From positions 7,618,642 through 7,682,641 of the forward strand of contig MU056960.1 of assembly GCA_013239625.1 (NCBI GenBank): a stretch of DNA of 64,000 nucleotides, written 5' to 3'. The notes beneath the pieces were generated by a model that saw nothing but the letters and a program-made list of their open reading frames with translations, was not told where the DNA came from and ran no database searches. Positions 40,374 through 64,000 of this stretch are shown piece after piece (positions within the stretch are counted from its first letter, which is position 1; each line of letters opens with the position of its first letter). The DNA is from Lama guanicoe. Taxonomy: Eukaryota. The translations under genes and the position numbers were made by a program.

Positions 40374-43300
40374 AGTTGAAGTATAATTTGTTTACAATGT
40401 TGTGTTAATTTCTGATGTACAGCATAGTGACTTAATTATACATATATATATTTCTTTTCATATTCTTTTTCATTATAGGCTATTACAAGGGGTATTGAAA
40501 GTAGCTCCCCTTGCTATACAGTAGGACTTTGCTATTCATCTATTTTATATATAATAGTTAGTAATTAGATATTGATTGTTATTGGTATGTATTAATAGAA
40601 ACAGAGCTTATCTTTAGCATTTATTATCTACCAGGAAGAGGGCTGAACACCTTCCAGATGTCATGTCATTTGATCCTATATAGCAAGCCAGTGGGATAAT
40701 CATTAGCTGAAGACATTATGCAGAGAGGCTAACTGATGGCCCAGGACCACCTGCCATAAAGCCCCCTGTCTTCACCACTGTGGTGGATTGCCTGGCAGAG
40801 AGCCGCAGTGATGGCGAGCCCCCCCACCCACTCCCAGGTAGGGCCGGCGCACTGACCCTCCCTCTCCTCTGCCCTTCCTGCCCCGCCAGACTCCATCAGC
40901 AGCTATGAAGCCCAGATCAGTTCTCTGAAGCAGGAGCGGCAGCAGCAACAGCAAGACTGTGAGGAGAAGGAGCGGGAGCTGGGGCGCCTGAAGCAGCTGT
41001 TGTCCCGGGCCCACCCCCTAGACTCCTTGGAGAAGCAGATGGAAAAGGTTGGGGTTGGGATGGCCTGCCCTTCTCCTCTCCTCCCCACTCCACCCTGGGA
41101 TTTGGAAAGATGTTGAGGCAGCCAAACGTGACCATGGGGCAGAGGGATTGTCGGTATCCCATCGCCACATCACTGGGAACAGGGCACCCAGCGATCATTC
41201 TAAGTATAGCACACTCTAGCCCCGTGCTCAGCGTGGTCCTGGACCAGGTTTGCTTACCTCCACAATTGAGGAAAGTCATGTAGGGGGAGGGGAGCTAACA
41301 TTTAAGGATACCTCTCATGCACTAGGCACTGTGAAAACTGCTTGACACACTCAGTCTCCCATCTTTCCCTTGAAAGAGAGGTCCATTAGATTCACTAAAC
41401 AGGTGAGTAAGGTGAGGCTCAGAGAAGCTTAGTAATTCTCCCCAGGTTGTGCACATAAAAAGGAGCAGATCTGGGATTTAAAAATCTAGGCAGTCTGGTT
41501 CTAAAGTTTTGTTCTTAATCTCTATGGTATATCTCCTCCTTTATTCTTATTGTCATGAACAATCGTAAGCACATATTACCAGAGTCTTCATGTTTCAAAG
41601 CAAGTTCACATCATTCCCTCATTTGAGCCACACAGCAGCCCTGTGAGGTAGGTACTCACCTCATGTTACATGTGAGTAAACTGAGGCTCAGGGAGATGGA
41701 GTAAATCAATGAATAGAAGGACAAAGATCAAAACAGGAGCCCCAGAAGGGAAGGCTTCCAAGCCCCAGTTTCATACCAGAGGCTGCTGCTTGCATTTAGA
41801 GTGATCCTTGGGGAGCAGTTACATGGGGGTGGTGAAGGACAGGGTAAGTTAAAGCCGCCTGGTACAGCAGAAGGAGCCACAGGCCCAGAGGCAAGCAGTT
41901 CCAGCCCTGGCCCAATGCTTGCATCTAGCCATCACCCATCCATCACGTGGTCATCTGCAGAGCATATATTTTAGAGCTTCGGATGGGATCACAGGTGTTT
42001 TGTTTAGGCTATACGGGCTCACCCCACCTATTGCCACTGTTCACATAAGAGATTTGGAGGGTTAAACTGAGCTTGTCTGAGACAGGTTTTTGAGAGATTC
42101 AAGAGGTAGAAATGGCATGAATTGGAAGAGGTTGGGTGACTGGCAGATTTCTGCCTTGGATAGCTGGGTGGATAGCAGGGTCTTTTTTGCTGACCTAGTG
42201 CCTGTAAGAGGAGGAATGGCATCGTGAGTTGGGTCACATTTGGCTGTACTAGGATAGAGGAGCCTGTGCAATATCCAAGTGGAGCTATCCAGGGACTTTG
42301 GCTTTGCAAGTTCAACAGGCTCCCAAACCTGAAAAAGAGACTGAAAAGAAGTGGCCAGCAATATGATGGCGATGAAAGTGTGGGAGGACATATCAGTTAG
42401 GACAAAATTTGAAAAGCCAAATCAACAGTAGCTTAAATAAGATAGAAGTTTGTTTTTCTTAGAGTCCAGAGGTAGACATTCCAGGACTGATGTGGCAGCT
42501 CAACAAGTCAGTAGGAACCCAGGCTCCTCCTATGTTGCTGTTTTGCCATAGGTACCTAACTGCCTTGTGGTCCAGGATGACTGCTTGAGTGCCAGCCATC
42601 ATGTCTACAATTCAGCCAGCAAGAGGAGGAGGAGTAAAGAAAAGCACACCCTCGCCGTTTGAGGAGTTGTGCCTGGCACATTAACCTACATCTCATTAGC
42701 TGGAACTTAGTCATATGGCCTTGCTTAGTTACAGGGAAGCTGAGAAAGGTAGCTGGTTTTCTAGAATTTAGGCCACGAGCCCAGCTAAAAATGTGAGGCT
42801 CTAAGGTAAAAGAGAAAAGGACAAATGATGCTGGGGAAGAAAACTATGTCACTCTACAAGTGGGCAACAGGAAGATGGTTGTGACTTTGGCTGCCTACCA
42901 TGTGACCTAGGCAAGCCATGTGAGTTCTCAGAGTCTCTGTGTTCTTCTCTCTAAAATGGGCGTGAATGGCGTCTTCTTGGGAGGATTAGACGAGCTGATA
43001 TGCTTGGAGGGAAAGATCTGAACAGTTCTAAGGGTCCTGCAGTCAGGAGTGGGGACTGTCAAGGCCCGATCCCCCATCCTCAGGCCCACGAGGACTCGGA
43101 GAAGCTGCGGGAGATCGTGCTGCCTATGGAGCAAGAGATTGAGGAGCTGAAGGCGAAACTGTTGAAGGCAGAGGAGCTGATCCAGGAGATCCAGGTGAGG
43201 GGGCGACCAGGGGGCACTACGGGAAGAAGGGGTGCCACAGGACCCTGGCCCCCAAGACTCTTCTCTGTCCCCTCTCCGTAGAGACGTCCCCAGCATCCCC

Positions 43301-46300
43301 CTTCCCTGCACGGCTCCACAGAGTTGCTCCTGTCCCGGGACCCATCTCCTCCGCTGGAGCCTCTTGAGGAGCTGAGTGGAGATGGCACAGCGGCCGAGGC
43401 CTTCGCCCACAACTGTGACGACAGTGCCTCCATCTCCTCCTTCTCCCTGGGTGGCGGGGCTGGCAGCAGTGCCTCCCTGCCCCGTAGCCGCCAGGGCCTG
43501 AGCCCTGAGCAGGAAGAGACCGCCTCTCTGGTGTCCACGGGCACCCTGGTCCCTGAGGGCATCTACCTGCCCCCTCCTGGTTACCAGCTTGTTCCAGACA
43601 ACCAGTGGGAGCAGCTGCAGATGGAGGTGAGTGGAGCATGGGGAGCAGCCTACCAACTTGCATGCATCCGTCTCTCTCTCACCAAGCACTTACTGAGCAC
43701 CCAGTGTGTCCAGGCCCTGAGCTAGAGCTGGGGTTTTGACAGTGAAGATGAAAACCCCCACTCTTTTGGAGCTTCCTCCGAGTGAGGGGACCAGGGCCAG
43801 ACATGCACAGGGGCACATGAGGAAGATGGGGTCACAGAGTGAGATGCCCAGAACAAGACTCAGTAGGGTCACGGGGTGGAGACTGGCCCTGCAGGAGACT
43901 AAGGCTTAGATGGTGAAAAAAGAGGTGTTCCTCGAAGATTGGGGACCAAAGGAACTGAATTTCCAGGGCCCAGAGGATGAACAGACCATGGTGCATCTGG
44001 GGAGCAGCAAGGCCACCAAGGAGAAGAGAGATGAGATCAGAAAGGCAGGCAGGGGCCGCAGGAGGTCGGCCTCGGGGACTGTGGGAAGCCTCCGTGGAGT
44101 TTAAGGCAGGGCGAGGCCTGCTCTGCTTTAGGCTTTTAACAGATCACGTGGGCTTCTGTGTAGGAATGGACTGTCATCGTAGGAGGGGGCAACGAGGGAA
44201 GCAGGATGACCGGTTGGGAGAGAGATGCTCTACAGCATTTAGAGGAAGGTGGACCAGGAGCTGGCAGCAGAGATGGAGAGGAGTGAGTGGGTTTGAAATC
44301 CACTTTGGAGGCTGACGGGGCAGGGCTTGCTGGTGTGTTGGACCTGGGGAACAGCGGAAGAGAGAAGAGTCAGCATCAGTTCCTGGGCTTTTGGCTTGAG
44401 CGACTGAGCGGATGACGACATTGCCCACCGAGGTGCGGGAGGCCAGGCATGAGAGGCCTGGTGACGAGGGAGGCCTCCCCTTGGAGGCTGAGGCTGAGGC
44501 CGGGGTCTGTGGCAGGGGCGGCAGCTGCAGAAGGACCTGGAAAGCATCACCCGGGAGCGGGATGAGCTGCAGGAGGGCCTGAGACGGAGCAACGAGGACT
44601 GCGCCAAGCAGGTGGGCTCAGCCTCTGCTCCAGTCCCGTGCAGCCTCTGCTGCGTGCCTCCTCCTGGGCCCTGGCCTCACCCTTGCCCCCGCTTCCACCC
44701 ACAGATGCAGGTGCTCCTGGCCCAGGTCCAGAACTCAGAGCAGCTGCTGCGGACCCTGCAGGGGACTGTGAGCCAGGCCCAGGAGCGGGTTCAGCTGCAG
44801 ATGGTGAGGGCTGGGGGCCAGGGCAGGCGGGAGAGGAGTGGGCCGGCAGTTGGTTGAGGGGGACACGTGGAAGGTTGAGACACCTGTCCTGTGCCCTGCC
44901 CTCCTCCCCTCCAGCCGCTCTAACTTTGCCCCAGAGTTGGTGCCAGGTGGGTAAAAGGGTTTCAAGGGCACCCGGCCCTGCCTTCAGGCAGAGCCCACCG
45001 TGCTCTGTGATCTTGAGCTAATCCACAAGCTCAGAGCCTCAGCCTTGCCGCCTTGAAATTGAGATAATGGGACTTCGCTTGCAGAGTTGTGAGGATTAAA
45101 AGCAGGGATTGCAGAATCAGATACTTCCCAAAACCAGACTGGAGAGGCAGATGATTGAACTGGACCAGCTGTGAGGCAGGAGGGAATAGCAGGGCAAACC
45201 GAGGGACCCTATAAAGGGGGCTCATGCCCCTCGACTCCACTCGTTGGAGAGGGTAGGAGTGCAGGCTTGGTGCTGCCGAGTTTTCTCATTTGTCAAGAGA
45301 AGCCAGAGATCTGGATATTTATGTGCAGTCTCCCAGTTTTTAAAATTGGCAGTAATTTAAGGTTTAAAAACATCTGTATGGGGAGGAGGGTAATAGCTCA
45401 GTGGTAGAGCGCCTGCTTAGCATGAGTTCAATCCCCAGTACCTCCATCAAAAAAATTAAAACATTTAAAAAATTAAAAGCATCCGTATAGACCAAATAAA
45501 ACACCCGATGTGGCCTGTGCTGGCCACTTTGTGACCTCTGAGTCATCAAGGAGGGTGTAGAAAGAGCTTGGGAGCCACAGACACTTACTAAAGGGTGTTT
45601 CTTCCTTTCATGGCTGAGAAGGAGGGTGTGGGCTTCCTGGCTCTCCTTCCAGTGTCTGGGAAGAGTGTTCAGGGTTTGGCCTCACAGGAGACTGGAGATC
45701 CCTGTCCCCTCATCACCTCATACTAACTGTCTGTCCCCAGGCAGAGCTGGCCACCTCCCACAAGTGCCTGAGCCACGAGGTAAAGCGGTTGACTGAGGAA
45801 AACCAAGGGCTTCGGGCTGAGCAGCCACCGTCTTCAGTCCCCCTGGAGCAGGATGAGGGCCAGGAGGAGCCGCTGCCCAGCTCGCTGCCGGTAAGCCTGT
45901 TGCAGGCCCTTTCTCTCCACGTGCAGCAAAGCATTGGCCCTAGCCCGTGGGACTCGGGGACAGACCCAGGCTGCTGTGTACTAGCTATGTCACTGTGGCC
46001 AACTCACTTGACTTTTCTACGGCTCAATTTCCTCCTCTGCAAAATGGGACCATATCCCCTTTCCAGCACTGGCATGGACAGAAAGTAAGTTAACAGAACG
46101 CTTGACACCAAGGAAGCAGTAATTTGGTTTGTTATTTTTAAGTGACATGAGGTCCACAAAATTGAATTCATTGTAATCTTTGGTTCATAGCAAGCTTTCA
46201 TCATTCGATCTGTGCATGGCCTTTGTTGATGGAATTATTAAAAATATGATGATCACCCAGAACCCTCACCCACCCTGAGAACTACAATTTACATATCTCC

Positions 46301-48053
46301 TTACATGTGCCCCCACCCACCCAGTGTTCCTTGGCTCTGTCTCTGCTTCCTGAGCTTTATCATTCCTTTGCCACTCTTAGGTATTGTTTTTTACTACATA
46401 TACCTGACTGCCTAAATCGTGGAGTACTTTATAAAAGCTCAGAATCTTGCTCTGGATAATCTCCTGGAACTTTAAATCAGCGCCACTCCTGAGGGTCCTC
46501 CACCCGAGGAGTTGTGCTGCAGTAAAATATTCCTTGCTGTCCAGTGTGTTTGTCTAGTCTCCCCGTGGTGGGCATTCAGGTTGTTTCCCCTTTAACATTT
46601 TCATCCTTCCTCCATTCGTTTCCCCTCCCCACAGTCTCCATCTAGCCGCTTGGTTCCTGGGGCATCTGCTCCCTGCCCAGCCTATGACTTGCATCCTTCT
46701 AGGAGCTGCAGCAGCTGGTACGCCGCACGCGGCAGGAGGCGCGGGCCCATCAGCAGGCCCGGGAGCACGAGGCTGAGCGCCTGCGGATTGAGATTGTGAC
46801 GCTGCGGGAGGCGCTGGAGGAGGAGACAGCAGCGAGGGCCAGCCTGAAGGGGCAGCTGAGGGTGCAGCGTGAGGAGACAGGTGAGGGAGGGGGAGGGGAG
46901 CCACCCCACCCCCGAGGTGCTGGGAAGGGAGAGGGGGCACAGTCCCAGAACGAGCCTTGACCTCTTTCCTTTCTTTTCCTTTCCTTTCTGCACAGAGGTG
47001 TTAGAGGGTGAGTATGGGCTGGAGCCTGTCCCCAGCCGGGCGGGGCGGAGGAGAGAGGGTGTGGGCCTGACATTTTGGCCCTGCCTGACTTCCCAGCCTC
47101 CCTGTGCAGCCTGAGGATGGAGATGGAGCGGGTCCAGCAGGAACAGAGCAAGGTGAGGCTGGCCCGGGCCAGGCCGGGATGATGGGGGAGGGGTGGCAGC
47201 GGGAAGAAGACCCTCACCGGCCCCTGCTGCCCTTTATGTCTCCCTCAGTCCAGGCGGCAGGAAGTCCTAAGGCAGCCATCAGGCTCAGGCCGCACAGAAG
47301 AGGTCAGGGTCAGGAGTGGTGTCCAAGGGGTTACCCTATCCAGACATCCTGTTTCTTCGGCTCAAAACCCCAGCTCTGTGTCCTATCCTCCCAGGCCCAG
47401 CTCACAGACCTCCTCTCGGAACAGAGGGCAAAAGTGCTGCGGCTGCAGGCTGAGTTGGAGACCAGTGAGCAGGTGCAGAGAGATTTCGTACGACTGTCCC
47501 AGGCCCTGCAGGTACGGCACATCCCCTCCCCACTGGGCGAGCACAACTCCAGGTGACTTCTCCCAGGTCTTGCAAGGACAGTCCCCCAGTTAGGGGAGCT
47601 CTCTTCCTCTTCCTAGAGCTGGCATGGTCCTGTCCTCTGAGCTATTGCTCAAAAAAAGCTGAAGATCTCGTGTGTCCATCTTGGTTGGTCACACGAAGCC
47701 CTCAGCCCAGGGCCCGGCATGTGGACGTGCCGCGTGATCATCACGTCAGCTCCACCTGCCCCTGCCCACCCTTCCTCAGGCTGCTCTCTCAGGACCCCTT
47801 TCTTCTCTTGAATCCAGTTTCTCTGTGGGTTGGGGGAGGTGGGGCCCTAGGTACACTGGTTCTGGGCCCTTGTCGCTCAAGGGGCTGGTAGGTGGGCTGG
47901 CAGCTGCATTTTCCCACTAAGGGTCCTCTGCCTGCCTTGCTGGCCCTATAGGTGCGCCTGGAACGGATCCGGCAGGCAGAGAGTTTGGAGCAAGTGCGTA
48001 GCATCATGGACGAGGCACCCCTCAGGGACATCAGGGACATCAAGGACACCTGA
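37895..48053 (+). CDS. RABEP2: Rabaptin, RAB GTPase-binding effector protein 2; 564 aa
   Basis: Exons: 37895-37955, 38424-38633, 40890-41047, 43084-43194, 43282-43626, 44516-44611, 44705-44803, 45741-45890, 46703-46880, 46996-47007, 47097-47152, 47395-47511, 47952-48053; 1695 nt in frame. Motifs METMKAVAEVSESTKAEAVAAV, AHEDSEKLREIVLPMEQEI, ELETSEQVQRDFVRLSQALQVRLERIRQAE, ends DIRDIKDT*. Confidence 0.97.
40340..40560 (-). mobile_element. L1 3'-end fragment with (TA)n
   Basis: TTGAAGTATAATTTGTTTACAATGTTGTGTTAATTTCTG..TACAGCATAGTGA.. is the reverse of the L1 tail seen at 26520-26778. Confidence 0.8.
45380..45470 (+). mobile_element. tRNA-Ala-derived SINE (vic-1-like), internally deleted
   Basis: tRNA head lacking the GTCCTGG segment; TSD-like TTAAAA(A/G)CATC(T/C)GTAT on both sides. 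Confidence 0.8.
46996..47007 (+). CDS. RABEP2: RABEP2 12-nt microexon
   Basis: Long pyrimidine tract + cacag|AGGTGTTAGAGG|gtgagt; phase 1-1, reads (E)VLE(A) in frame with the flanking exons. Confidence 0.85.
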
Positions 48054-48521
48054 GGGGCTGGCACCCACCCACCCTGGAGGAGACTGCCCTTCTCCACTCC
48101 TGAACCATGAGGCTGAGGCTCTGGGGGTCTCAGGATGGAGACGTCTCTTTACCGTCTCCGAGCCTGAGAGGGTCCCTGTCCATCACCTCCTCCTAGGGGT
48201 GGCTGGGCCTTCTGTGTCCAAGGATGACACCTGGATGAGGGTCCCAACGCCCTCTGGGAACCAAAGGGTTAGGCTCAGCCCTGCGGCTTTCTGGCTGCCA
48301 TGCTGCCTCCTGAGTCCCAGCCAGACTGACAGCCACACCTCCCCTCCCTGAGGTACAGCCAAGCTGTGAGTGGTGGCTGGGAGCCTTCGGCCGTGTCCCT
48401 CCATATATGCTCCCTGGGACAGGCAGCTGCTTTCCAGACTGCGTGACACTAAGATACTTGCTCCGAGGGGTCCCACGCAGGCCCAAGATGGGCACGGAGA
48501 CAAGGCCAGAGTTTTCTGTCA

Positions 48522-48527
48522 TTTATT
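48522..48527 (-). terminator. ATP2A1 poly(A) signal AATAAA
   Basis: TTTATT on +, ~250 nt after the SERCA1b stop. Confidence 0.8.
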
Positions 48528-48530
48528 TTC

Positions 48531-48536
48531 AATAAA
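48531..48536 (+). terminator. RABEP2 poly(A) signal AATAAA
   Basis: First AATAAA on + after the RABEP2 stop. Confidence 0.8.
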
Positions 48537-48771
48537 TAAGCAGCTCAGCTCAATCGGTCGCCTTGTCCCTGCAAGCCCCACGGGACTGGGGAGGGGAGGT
48601 TTTACCAGGGCAGAAGTGGGGGTGGGTTGCTGAGGGGGGAGGAAAAGTGAAGGGGACATTGTGTTTATAAACAGAAGAGGGGGGCGGGGAGTAGGGAACG
48701 TGGAGATCTGTGCCACAGCTCTGGCTGAAGATGCATCGCTATCAGGGTTGGGGGGAGGACAAAAGGACTGG

Positions 48772-63546
<14,775 letters not shown>

Positions 63547-63779
63547 TGTGCTCCCTTCCTGGGGGCCAGGGGGCGGTGTGTTCCTTCTGGGGGGGGTTCT
63601 CACGTGTTCGGGGTCTTCCTCAATGTGTCCACCTGCCTGTCTGTCTGGGTTTCTTCCTTTTTCGCTCCTGCCCCCCCCAGGTTATTCTTCCCTCCACGAA
63701 GCTCTGACCCCAGTCCCACTTGCAGCAGCCGGCCACCCCCCCAGCCCCCAGCTGGTCCTTATGAGGGAGTGGGGGGGCC

Positions 63780-63918
63780 NNNNNNNNNNNNNNNNNNNNN
63801 NNNNNNNNNNNNNNNNNNNNNNNNNNNNNNNNNNNNNNNNNNNNNNNNNNNNNNNNNNNNNNNNNNNNNNNNNNNNNNNNNNNNNNNNNNNNNNNNNNNN
63901 NNNNNNNNNNNNNNNNNN
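63780..63918. other. Assembly gap (N run) in the ATP2A1 promoter
   Basis: Run of N flanked by G/C-rich sequence. Confidence 1.
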
Positions 63919-64000
63919 GCCCCAGCCCCAGGGAAACAGGGGAGGGAGAGACTTCACTTTCTGTCTTCTGCTACTGACCCCTCCCCCAACTGCCTCAACT

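Noticed and set aside
42928-43689. 253-aa - strand ORF
   Set aside because: Antisense shadow of RABEP2 exons 4-5.

Overview
Mammalian genomic DNA, most likely a camelid: the abundant tRNA-Ala-derived SINE looks like camelid vic-1, and CD19 and SERCA1 carry indels I recall from artiodactyls. The gene order matches human 16p11.2. Four intact multi-exon genes could be reconstructed exon by exon with GT-AG junctions and consistent phase: NFATC2IP (-, 8 coding exons, 418 aa), CD19 (-, 14 coding exons, 562 aa), RABEP2 (+, 13 exons, 564 aa) and ATP2A1/SERCA1 (-, 23 exons, SERCA1a 993 aa / SERCA1b 1000 aa). The main non-syntenic element is a near-full-length ~8.85 kb class I (gamma-like) endogenous provirus at 26779-35632 (- strand). 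It has two LTRs, a 5-bp TSD, a tRNA-Ile-like PBS, a PPT and decayed gag-pro-pol-env. It sits between the divergent CD19 and RABEP2 promoters, in the same orientation as CD19, with its 3' LTR ~2 kb upstream of the CD19 ATG. It inserted into an L1 3' end, later took a SINE in its integrase, has strongly mosaic LTR divergence, and carries an unexplained ORF-like spacer between pol and env. Other points: interlocked RABEP2/ATP2A1 poly(A) signals, a non-canonical CD19 poly(A) signal, an in-frame upstream ATG inside the CD19 PAX5 site, a tail-to-tail SINE pair sharing one target site, and an antisense promoter-like module in ATP2A1 intron 3. There are two assembly gaps (179-310, 63780-63918). Comparisons to human and bovine sequences are from memory; no searches were run.
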